IMG/VR virus record: IMGVR_UViG_3300014206_000010
Location: 24,452 to 88,451 of that record
DNA from: a virus
Taxonomy: Duplodnaviria; Caudoviricetes
Length of the DNA stretch: 64,000 bases
Strand: one strand, 5' to 3'
Numbering within the stretch: the stretch's first letter is position 1; each line of letters begins with the position of its first letter. A model generated the notes under the pieces. The model was not told where the DNA came from. It saw nothing but the letters and a program-made list of their open reading frames with translations, and ran no database searches. The position numbers were made by a program, and so were the translations under genes. Below are positions 1 to 8,240 of the stretch, one piece after another.

Positions 1-1588
1 CAAAAGTAACCAAAGAAAGTATTTCATCTTTTAAATCTTCTACCATAGCAACTTTTGCTTTTGGATCAAGACAACATTCAAGAACAACTCCTGACCTTCC
101 CGCATAAGAATGAGCTTCCTCATAAGCATCAGAATTTTTATAAGTAGTTTGAGTATTACTATCATCTTCCCCATCATTTACATGCGTGTAAATTCCAGAA
201 CCATGAATTCCAAGTGTTCCAAAAAAACAATTATCATTATATTTAAACTCATCAGCATAAAAATCCGCATCGTGCTGACCGCCATTCAGACCACGAAACA
301 TTTGATATTTTGTCTGTTTAACTGTATTCCAATATGAAGTTTCATCAACTACTTTTGGACGTGCATCAAACCCTCTTTTTTGACAAATTGAACTTAATAA
401 TTCCCATCCAACTGTATAATTAGTAGCACCTAATTTATTATAATAACTTTTCCCGCTTTGATTATTCCATAAAGAGTTTTTTTCATCATCTGAAAAGTCT
501 TTATACATATCAGCATCACTTTTCAGTTTTCTCGGTAATACTTTTCTGTTACCTTTAGCAAGTTTTGCTTTTAAATCGTTTTTTATTTTTTTTAATGATT
601 TAAAACGTTCATCAAACGTTGAAAAAAGATTAGAATTACTTTCAACTAAAAATCCGATAACATCATTTCGCTTTTTTAACACTTTATCAATTTGATCAAT
701 ATAATCCTGAGTAGTAAGATTAGCAACAACAGCAGGATTATATTTAATCATTGAATCAAAATCTATAACATTATCTCCAAATGGTTTAGAATTTCCTTGA
801 GCTTTATAATTCAAAGCTCCGCCATTATCTACTCGTATTAATCTGCCAGCTGAATCAATTAAACAATTATCATTCTGATAAATATCCCAATTAGCTAAAA
901 GAGCGTCTACAACAAATCCCTTAGCCATCTCATCATAATCTTTACTACTTGAATTTTTAGTCATAGGAATAAATTTGGATAACATTACAGTTTCTCCATT
1001 TTCTTCATATAACTCATAATCGGGGACTCTTAATCCCATTAAATCATAAAGTTGATTAGTTAAATATTCAGAATGAACATGTTCATTCGAAGTATTTGTA
1101 CCTTTTTTCATCACATACTGATTGCCCCTAACATCTTCTACTAATTCAGCTCCAGTACTACCACCTAACTTTTTAACCACCTTTAAAGTGCTTAAATCAT
1201 TTGGAAATAATTCGTTGATGTATTTTTGTTTATCAATAGATTTTTTAGAACCATCTACTAATTGTTTACCAACTTTACTCTTACCTCTAAAAACACGCCA
1301 ATCGTATTTAGTCTTAGCATTCGGAGTAGCTGCATAAATATACATTACCCCATCTACAACTTTAGTTTGACCAGGAATAACAGCCTTACAAATTTCTGTA
1401 TCAGGTTCTATTTCATTAATATGATCATATAAAGATTTTGAGACGCATACATAATATTCATAAGAGTCACCAAACTCATCAGATTTAATTTTATAAGCAT
1501 CGCAAGCCTTTATAAGAATATCATCAGAAATATCACTAAGAAAATTTCCCTCAGCAATTTTGTCTAACGCTTTTCTTATATTTTTCAT
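1..1588 (-). CDS. Partial (runs off window start) multidomain protein: KA/Trp module + HipA/CtkA-like atypical kinase + ADP-ribosyltransferase-like domain; candidate virion-delivered effector
   Basis: Manual translation from ATG at 1588 (MKNIRKALDK...) is open to base 1; absent from the ORF track because it has no stop in the window. Kinase motifs LGGSTGAE..YVMKK, SEYLTNQLY, NWDIYQNDN, RVDNGGAL; ART-like QMFRG..GIHGSGIYTH..AHSYAG. Confidence 0.75.
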   Translation of the reverse strand, partial: MKNIRKALDKIAEGNFLSDISDDILIKACDAYKIKSDEFGDSYEYYVCVSKSLYDHINEIEPDTEICKAVIPGQTKVVDGVMYIYAATPNAKTKYDWRVFRGKSKVGKQLVDGSKKSIDKQKYINELFPNDLSTLKVVKKLGGSTGAELVEDVRGNQYVMKKGTNTSNEHVHSEYLTNQLYDLMGLRVPDYELYEENGETVMLSKFIPMTKNSSSKDYDEMAKGFVVDALLANWDIYQNDNCLIDSAGRLIRVDNGGALNYKAQGNSKPFGDNVIDFDSMIKYNPAVVANLTTQDYIDQIDKVLKKRNDVIGFLVESNSNLFSTFDERFKSLKKIKNDLKAKLAKGNRKVLPRKLKSDADMYKDFSDDEKNSLWNNQSGKSYYNKLGATNYTVGWELLSSICQKRGFDARPKVVDETSYWNTVKQTKYQMFRGLNGGQHDADFYADEFKYNDNCFFGTLGIHGSGIYTHVNDGEDDSNTQTTYKNSDAYEEAHSYAGRSGVVLECCLDPKAKVAMVEDLKDEILSLVTF

Positions 1589-1589
1589 A

Positions 1590-3305
1590 TTAATCTTCTC
1601 CTAATAATAATGTTTCTGCTTTTTCCAAAGTCATATCTTCTTCAAAGAAATCATTTTCTTGAGCCTTAAAAGTATTTGGCGTTGCTTGTTTTTTGTCACC
1701 CGATGTTTCTATTTCTTCTTCTGAAAATAAATCTTCGGCTTTTTTTAATTCATTTGAATTAGTTTCATCCAATAAAATATCTTCAGCCTTAACAAGCTCT
1801 TCTGAAGATTCTGAAGAATCTCCAAAATCAAGTTTAGCAGCTTTGGTTAATATTGCTGTTGCTTTTTCTCTCCAATCCTTAATTTTTGAACCAATTAAAG
1901 AAGCAAATGCTGGATTTTTACGTTTTTCATTTGCTTTATCAACTTTACGTTTATTGATTAAAACTTCTTGAAAAGTTCTTGTTGTAAATTGAGCTGGATC
2001 AATATTATTTTCATCTTTCTTTATAATCCCTAAAATTTCATCACGTTCTTTTCTATCGTCAGCTTCATTATCAAGTCTTGGAGCCTGCTTGAACTCAAAA
2101 TCTTGATAACGATTTTCTATAACTTGAATTGTTTCTGGCACAGTCATATAAATTTCAGAAACCATCATAGCTCTACTTATGATTGCTTTTGTATCTTCAC
2201 TTTCAGAAAGAGTAGTTAAATCTTTATTAGTCATTATTACAATGCGACCAGTAAATTCAAAATTTTGTTTAATGTCATCAGGGTCACCAACTATACGTGC
2301 TCCAGTAGATGCAGTTGCTTTCTTCATAACAGCCGCACAATCACTTCTTCTTAAGACCTTATCATTATCATCAAAGATAATAATTTTATTGTTATGAGCT
2401 TTAAGAATATTCAATAATTGTTTTCCACTATTAACATCAGGTGCTTCAAATGTATCATAATCATCATCTCCTGGTGCGTCTCCTACTCCAAATGGTTTAA
2501 GATTCAAAAGTTCAGCCATTTTCTTAAATCCGTAAGATTTACCAACACCAGCTCCTCCTGCTGAAATCATAAATCTTTGTTCATTATTATCCAAGAATTC
2601 AAGATATTGTTCATTTAAGTCTTGAACAACCTCTACTGGATCCATGTAGTCTTTTTCTTTTTTCTTCATCTTATAAACAAATTGATCATATTTTATACGA
2701 CCTTCTTTTGTTTTAAGATTGAACATTTTTTTTACCCTATCGTCATTTCTGTCAAGATACCATTTTTCAGTTATTTTGTCACCTTCATCTACACCTCCAT
2801 CAGTATCTATTTCAGCAGCAACATCTGAATTATCTACTGTATCTTGATCATCTGAAGTTGAAGTATCATTTGTTTTAGCTCCTACATTACCAGTCATCTT
2901 CATTAATTGAATAAGAGTTCCTGAAGTATCAACTTTAGACATATCAAAATTTCTTCTTCCAAGTTCATCATACGCTATCTTACGCATTTGAGCATTACCA
3001 TTTTTACTATTAGCAACCTTTAAAAGATTATCATCAGAAGTTTTGGTTGCCCAGATTGCTAATCGTTGAGAATCCATAGGTTTACTCTGACCTTTAACCT
3101 TAGCATTTGCTATCTGTTGAGTAGTAGGTTTTGAAGAAGTTTGATTTGAAGATACATTAGAATCTTTTGATTGAGTTTTATTTTTAATTGGACGCCAATC
3201 ATATTTTCCTGATTTGTATTCAGTCCAAGCCCATTTACCATTTGGGTGAACGTCACCCACTTGTCTTTTAATAGCTTTTTCAATTAAATCTTTTTCCTTT
3301 GTCAT
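1590..3305 (-). CDS. P-loop (AAA+-like) NTPase with N-terminal GDVHPN/Trp module and acidic C-tail with repeated (L/V/E)KAE motifs; putative internal head protein
   Basis: Walker A GGAGVGKS, Walker B IIIFDDND, sensor-like IVIMTN; IEKA, LVKAE, LKKAE, LEKAE motifs. Confidence 0.65.
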   Translation of the reverse strand: MTKEKDLIEKAIKRQVGDVHPNGKWAWTEYKSGKYDWRPIKNKTQSKDSNVSSNQTSSKPTTQQIANAKVKGQSKPMDSQRLAIWATKTSDDNLLKVANSKNGNAQMRKIAYDELGRRNFDMSKVDTSGTLIQLMKMTGNVGAKTNDTSTSDDQDTVDNSDVAAEIDTDGGVDEGDKITEKWYLDRNDDRVKKMFNLKTKEGRIKYDQFVYKMKKKEKDYMDPVEVVQDLNEQYLEFLDNNEQRFMISAGGAGVGKSYGFKKMAELLNLKPFGVGDAPGDDDYDTFEAPDVNSGKQLLNILKAHNNKIIIFDDNDKVLRRSDCAAVMKKATASTGARIVGDPDDIKQNFEFTGRIVIMTNKDLTTLSESEDTKAIISRAMMVSEIYMTVPETIQVIENRYQDFEFKQAPRLDNEADDRKERDEILGIIKKDENNIDPAQFTTRTFQEVLINKRKVDKANEKRKNPAFASLIGSKIKDWREKATAILTKAAKLDFGDSSESSEELVKAEDILLDETNSNELKKAEDLFSEEEIETSGDKKQATPNTFKAQENDFFEEDMTLEKAETLLLGED

Positions 3306-3359
3306 AATTATTATCTGTAATGTTATTTGATTCTACTTATGATAAAGATAATAACTGCT

Positions 3360-3644
3360 TCAATCTGTTTCCCATTCAATAGGAAGTTCTATGTGATAAA
3401 AATCTTCCATTATTTCATGAGTTATCTTCTTTACATTTTCGGAGTCTTTACCTTTTTCAAGTTCTTTTTTTATAAGTTTTTTTCCTCCAGCACATAATCT
3501 TATTATTTCTTGAGCGTTCTTTTTTGCATTAAATAATTCATTTACTAATTCAAAATTATGTTTTGTGTCTTTTAAAAATTTAGCAGGAGACATATTATTA
3601 ATTTTTTCTATTAGTTCTTCACCAAATTCTTTAGGTGTAGCATT
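3360..3644 (-). other. In-frame continuation of the glycosyltransferase after TGA (NATPKEFGEELIEKINNMSPAKF...); the track's 77-aa ORF is part of it
   Basis: CCA TGA AAT GCT ACA CCT...: 17 sense codons link the TGA to the ATG at 3593 in the same frame; a full-length product would be 484 aa. Confidence 0.7.
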
Positions 3645-4814
3645 TCATGGAATAATGATTGCTCTGACGTTTTCAAATAATGGGTCATATAAATCCTTAT
3701 CACTATATTCAGAAAGTCCTCTATAATCACGTAACACTGGATAAGCACCGCATAACATAGCTTCAATAATAAAACCATTTATATGAGTTTTACAATAACG
3801 TGCATAATGTTTAGACCAAGATGGGTCAATAGCAAATTTAGTATTTTTTAAAGTTGATACAACTTCACTTCCTGACATTTGACCCATATATTTCATACCA
3901 AATTCAATAGCTCTATCCCAAAGAGAAAGTTTACCGTCAAGTTCCTTAGGAAGTTCAGGGTCACGCTTTATTGTGCACATATAGTTACTTTTCGTCTTCG
4001 TTTCACTGGTCATATAGTTATATTCTATGCCTGTACCAGCAATTTTAATAGAAAAACGTTTACCTCTTTCGCCTTGAATATAAGGGACAGAAGCAATGAG
4101 CTCTTCCATGTGTTTCATACTTTTAAACATATGAGCTGCAAAAAAATCTTCCTTCCTATTATTCATTATTTTAATAGGCATTCTTGCATTATCTGGAATA
4201 TACCGTGGATTTAATAACAAACTTCTCGGAATACCTATTTCAGAACAACATTGATAAGCAGCTAAATGAGCACAACCTAAAAACAATATTTTATTTTTTA
4301 AAGCTGAAATATTACTTGCTCTTACATTAAAATAAGCATCGTGACAAAGAAAAACTTGTTTAATATTAGAAGGTAAATCAAAAAACTTCCACCAGAAATT
4401 AAAATCTATTCCCTTTTTATTCCAAATAGAACTTTTTGTTGGCATGAAATTCCATAAAATTATATCAGCATCTTCAACAAGTTTTTTCCATCTTTTAACA
4501 GAATCTTTTTCATACACTCCTATACGATTGCTTGGTGGTAAAAAATATCCATAATAATTATTTCTCCAATATCCTGTTGCTTCATCTTTTTCATATCCTC
4601 CTGCTTGAGATTGAAATTTTATTTTTCTTTGATATTCTCCGTTTTCAAGTTCTTTTACTTTTTTATCATAAGTTTTTTGTGTAGTTGAAGCAGGAGTCAT
4701 TTGAGCGACATCTACTTTATGACCTAAATATTGGAATGCTTTCAACATACTTGCTACATATTCCACAATTCCTCCATATTTTGCTATCTGAAAATCTGCT
4801 ATAAATATTTTCAT
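3645..4814 (-). CDS. GT-B fold (GT4-like) glycosyltransferase, interrupted by an in-frame TGA at 3645-3647
   Basis: N-terminal KIFIAD..YGGIVEY and C-terminal IIEAMLCGAYPV signature typical of GT4; the reading frame continues past the TGA. Confidence 0.75.
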   Translation of the reverse strand: MKIFIADFQIAKYGGIVEYVASMLKAFQYLGHKVDVAQMTPASTTQKTYDKKVKELENGEYQRKIKFQSQAGGYEKDEATGYWRNNYYGYFLPPSNRIGVYEKDSVKRWKKLVEDADIILWNFMPTKSSIWNKKGIDFNFWWKFFDLPSNIKQVFLCHDAYFNVRASNISALKNKILFLGCAHLAAYQCCSEIGIPRSLLLNPRYIPDNARMPIKIMNNRKEDFFAAHMFKSMKHMEELIASVPYIQGERGKRFSIKIAGTGIEYNYMTSETKTKSNYMCTIKRDPELPKELDGKLSLWDRAIEFGMKYMGQMSGSEVVSTLKNTKFAIDPSWSKHYARYCKTHINGFIIEAMLCGAYPVLRDYRGLSEYSDKDLYDPLFENVRAIIIP

Positions 4815-4825
4815 GATTAAAACAA

Positions 4826-5482
4826 TTAATTGTTAATGGAATAAATTTCTTCTGGTAATTTTTTCTTTATATATCCTTGTTCGTAAAATTGTAACCCCGA
4901 TTGCGAACGATAGAATTTAGAAGCAAGTTTCCATTTTATTTCATGAAATTCTTCAACTGGAACAGAACATTTTAAAATGTATTTCTGTTTTTGTTTTTCT
5001 ACTTGAACTTGAGAACGTCTTTTATAAGAGTGCGGAAATTCTCTATAATAAAGAAGGTCAGAATAATGTTTTTCTAATATGTCTTTTATAAAGAAATGAA
5101 AAGGATGTCCAATTCCCCAAGGAGCCACAACTGAATATCCCTTATTATTTTTTAAAAATTTATTAATCCATTTAACAACTCCAAGTTCTATTTCGTTTAA
5201 TTTTTCTTTCCCGAAATATTTGTTAAGATGTTCATATGTTGCTTCATGTGTTACTTCTTTATAATTCTTATGAAATTCATAGTAACTTTCATCGTGAAAA
5301 TTTAAATTCAAATGATGAAAAGAAATATTCAAAAAATTATATAATTTTTCGTCTTCTAATATACGTTTTGAATCATTCTCTACAGTAAGAATCTGAACTT
5401 CGTATTTTGACGAAAATAAAAAATGGGAACAACTAAATAATGCGTCATCGCTATGAGGCTGCACAATTAACAATTTTTTCAT
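4826..5482 (-). CDS. PIG-L/LmbE-family N-acetylglucosaminyl deacetylase
   Basis: QPHSDDALFS (HxDD) and PWGIGHPFH (second His) motifs. Confidence 0.8.
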   Translation of the reverse strand: MKKLLIVQPHSDDALFSCSHFLFSSKYEVQILTVENDSKRILEDEKLYNFLNISFHHLNLNFHDESYYEFHKNYKEVTHEATYEHLNKYFGKEKLNEIELGVVKWINKFLKNNKGYSVVAPWGIGHPFHFFIKDILEKHYSDLLYYREFPHSYKRRSQVQVEKQKQKYILKCSVPVEEFHEIKWKLASKFYRSQSGLQFYEQGYIKKKLPEEIYSINN

Positions 5483-5488
5483 TACAAT

Positions 5489-6418
5489 TTATTTATTGAC
5501 TTTTATGTTTAACTTTATATTCTTTAACTTTGGATTAGCACTTATTTTCTTAATAGGAATTGTAAACGCTCTTAATTCTGAATTCCAAGCAAAATTAGGT
5601 TTTTTATTATTTATGGTACAACGACAATATGGATGAATTGGTGAAATAGTAGGCAACCATTCTTTTACCTTTCTTCCAATATTATTTCCATTTGCTATAA
5701 TATCAGATAATTTAAAAACAATAGGTTCACTATCTGGGTTTTCTGGGTCAGTCAAATAAAGTTCTTTACATCTTTGACATGCACCAGGATAGACATCAAA
5801 CCAAACTTCAGCTTTGCTACCATATTGTTTTAATATACTTTGAGCTCTTCCTGAATTATATGCTTCATGCGTAAGATAATAAGCTATTCTCAACCAGTCA
5901 ACTTCCCAATCTTTTGAAGTTTCAGCAAGGTCTGCTGCAAGTCCTCTTGCTCCAAGTCTCAATTCAACAGATTTTATAGTTTTTTCTTTAATCATCTTTT
6001 GAACTAACAGTGATTGTTGATTGTTATTTAAAACAACATTACTTAATCCTGTTCTCATTCTACTACCTAAATTGGTAATATCAGTATATGCTCTTTGCTT
6101 AACGGTTTGTAAAGCAAATTCTTCTTCTTCAGTTAATGGTATAAAATTACCTGAAGATAAAAATCTTTGAAATTGAGCATATGTCATTTTTTTAGCTCTT
6201 GCATCTCCAATAGCTTCTGCTAATATTCCAAACAAAAAAGCATGTTCAATAATACCTTTTTTATTCTTGTATTTATTCAAATCAATGCCAATGGCTAATA
6301 ATATATCTTTATCACTTTGAGAAAGAAAATCCAATCCCAATTGACCAGCTACAAATACTAACTCATATCTTTTGAGTATTGATAGCATATCTTGAATTTG
6401 ACCTTGGTTAAAAATCAT
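5489..6418 (-). CDS. Phage head morphogenesis protein (MuF/SPP1 gp7-like)
   Basis: C-terminal ACQRC...PIHPYCRCTI motif; lies near the portal gene. Confidence 0.75.
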   Translation of the reverse strand: MIFNQGQIQDMLSILKRYELVFVAGQLGLDFLSQSDKDILLAIGIDLNKYKNKKGIIEHAFLFGILAEAIGDARAKKMTYAQFQRFLSSGNFIPLTEEEEFALQTVKQRAYTDITNLGSRMRTGLSNVVLNNNQQSLLVQKMIKEKTIKSVELRLGARGLAADLAETSKDWEVDWLRIAYYLTHEAYNSGRAQSILKQYGSKAEVWFDVYPGACQRCKELYLTDPENPDSEPIVFKLSDIIANGNNIGRKVKEWLPTISPIHPYCRCTINNKKPNFAWNSELRAFTIPIKKISANPKLKNIKLNIKVNK

Positions 6419-6606
6419 TTCTTTTCCTCCTTCTTTTCATTATCTTTAATAACAGAAGCAGTTTCTTTAGCTAAATATTTTAAGACTTCTGTAACCGCTC
6501 CAGCTGTATTATTATTCCATTCTTTTACAAAAGTATTTTCATACTCAGTAACAACTGAAAAAGGAGAAGGAATGGAATGATTATCTTTCGTTTGTTTTTT
6601 TGACAT
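6415..6606 (-). CDS. Hypothetical protein
   Basis: ORF in operon; ATGA overlap with the next gene. Confidence 0.55.
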   Translation of the reverse strand: MSKKQTKDNHSIPSPFSVVTEYENTFVKEWNNNTAGAVTEVLKYLAKETASVIKDNEKKEEKK

Positions 6607-6610
6607 ACTG

Positions 6611-7183
6611 TTAAAATTTTATTCCCGCATCAATTGTATATCCAAATTTATCTTCAATTCTTATTCCGGAAACTCCAATCATGAATTTTTGTTTTATATC
6701 TACTCCGAATTGAATCTTATTAATTCTTAAGTCAATTGAATTACCTATTATACCATAAAATTGTATCGTAGGAACTTTGTAAATAATTTGTTTTTCATAA
6801 ACCGTGCGTATATTAGGTTTAATGAGAGAAGTGGCAGTAATGAGTTTGTTTTGACTTACAACGGCATCAACTTTGAATGTTCCTGAACTATCATTAGAAA
6901 AATCTAAATTATATTTCCTTTGTAAATAATAATCCTTCCAAATGGCAAATAATTTGGCTGTATCGGTGGGCATAAAAACGAGAATTGAATCAGGAACTTT
7001 TACTTCATAAGGTTCCAGAACTTTTATTGTATCTCTAATTGTGTCACCTTTTTCCCATTTAACAACAATTTCAGTTTTAGATTTAGGAGTCTCAACGCTT
7101 GATCTTCCTAATAAATATCCTATGAAAATAGCAATTAAAACTACGATTATTCCTCCAACTGATATTGTTATTTTATTGTCCAT
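6611..7183 (-). CDS. Membrane-anchored protein (N-terminal TM), possible spanin/envelope protein
   Basis: Hydrophobic ISVGGIIVVLIAIFIGYLLG; beta-rich C-terminus ending in F. Confidence 0.45.
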   Translation of the reverse strand: MDNKITISVGGIIVVLIAIFIGYLLGRSSVETPKSKTEIVVKWEKGDTIRDTIKVLEPYEVKVPDSILVFMPTDTAKLFAIWKDYYLQRKYNLDFSNDSSGTFKVDAVVSQNKLITATSLIKPNIRTVYEKQIIYKVPTIQFYGIIGNSIDLRINKIQFGVDIKQKFMIGVSGIRIEDKFGYTIDAGIKF

Positions 7184-7670
7184 ATGATTTTGAATTTAAT
7201 TTTTGATCATAATTTTCTATCATATCTTCCAATTGAGATATTTTTTGTTTATATTCTTTTTCTCTTTTTTGACTTTCTTCTTCAAGACTATGATATTGTT
7301 CAAGCAATTGTCCATATTTTTGTTTTTCAAGTTCACGCTGTTTTTCGTAATCAGTTCTCATTTCATTTAACTCTGACCTAAAAGAGACTATGATTTCATT
7401 ACTTAATTTACGTTCATTTTGATATTCAGAATACAAAGTATCATATCTTGCTTTCCACCAAGTGTCTTTGTCTTGAACTTCATTATTTAAAACATCATAT
7501 CTTTTTTTCCAAAATTCGTCGCCTTTCATATCAGCTTCTGCTGAAGCGTCACGAACTTCTTGTTCATATTTTCTTCTGTCTAATATCCTTGATATAAAAG
7601 CAAACCCTACACCTCCAGTACCAAATAATAAAGATATAATAGCAAAAGCATTTTCAGATAACCATTCCAT
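7173..7670 (-). CDS. N-terminal TM + coiled-coil protein (holin-like/lysis-associated)
   Basis: AFAIISLLFGTGGVGFAFI TM segment followed by a long charged coiled coil. Confidence 0.45.
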   Translation of the reverse strand: MEWLSENAFAIISLLFGTGGVGFAFISRILDRRKYEQEVRDASAEADMKGDEFWKKRYDVLNNEVQDKDTWWKARYDTLYSEYQNERKLSNEIIVSFRSELNEMRTDYEKQRELEKQKYGQLLEQYHSLEEESQKREKEYKQKISQLEDMIENYDQKLNSKSYGQ

Positions 7671-7677
7671 CTTAAAA

Positions 7678-8235
7678 TTATTTTTGTTTATTTATTTTAA
7701 TCTTAGCCAATTTAACTCTTTTGAGATAATTATCTGCATTATAATTTGAACGCAAATAACGAACTATTTCATCAGCAAATAATTTAACTATTTTATCAAA
7801 TGCAATTGAATAATTTTCCCAATCTGAATAATTATTTAAAGTACAAAGATAAAATATTGCTTTAGTTGGAGAACTTATTTGATTAAAAAATTTATACCAT
7901 TCTTTATTTTCTGAATTAACGAATTCAAAATCTCTCCAACGAATAGTAGGAGTTAAAACGTCTAAATTATTTGATAAATTATAAGTAAAATATCTTCCAA
8001 TAAAAGAACAATTTTTACTTAAAGTTAATCCATATCCTTGTTTATCATCTCTATAAAAATCAAATGCAAATGCTATACCATATGTTTTATGTTTACGAAA
8101 ACAATTAAATAAATCATATGCATAATCTACAACAACTTCAACTTTATGATTTCTTAATTCAGCAGCAAGTGCTTTCTTAAAAATTTTAGAAGGTTTGTCA
8201 AATCGTTTAGATGTCAAATAAACTACTTTACACAT
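7678..8235 (-). CDS. Hypothetical protein, possibly a degenerate Amidase_3-like fold
   Basis: Pattern of strands and helices (VVYLT..ALAAELRNHKVEV..AFAFDF..GYGL) resembles an amidase, but no catalytic His/Glu is evident. Confidence 0.3.
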   Translation of the reverse strand: MCKVVYLTSKRFDKPSKIFKKALAAELRNHKVEVVVDYAYDLFNCFRKHKTYGIAFAFDFYRDDKQGYGLTLSKNCSFIGRYFTYNLSNNLDVLTPTIRWRDFEFVNSENKEWYKFFNQISSPTKAIFYLCTLNNYSDWENYSIAFDKIVKLFADEIVRYLRSNYNADNYLKRVKLAKIKINKQK

Positions 8236-8240
8236 AACAA

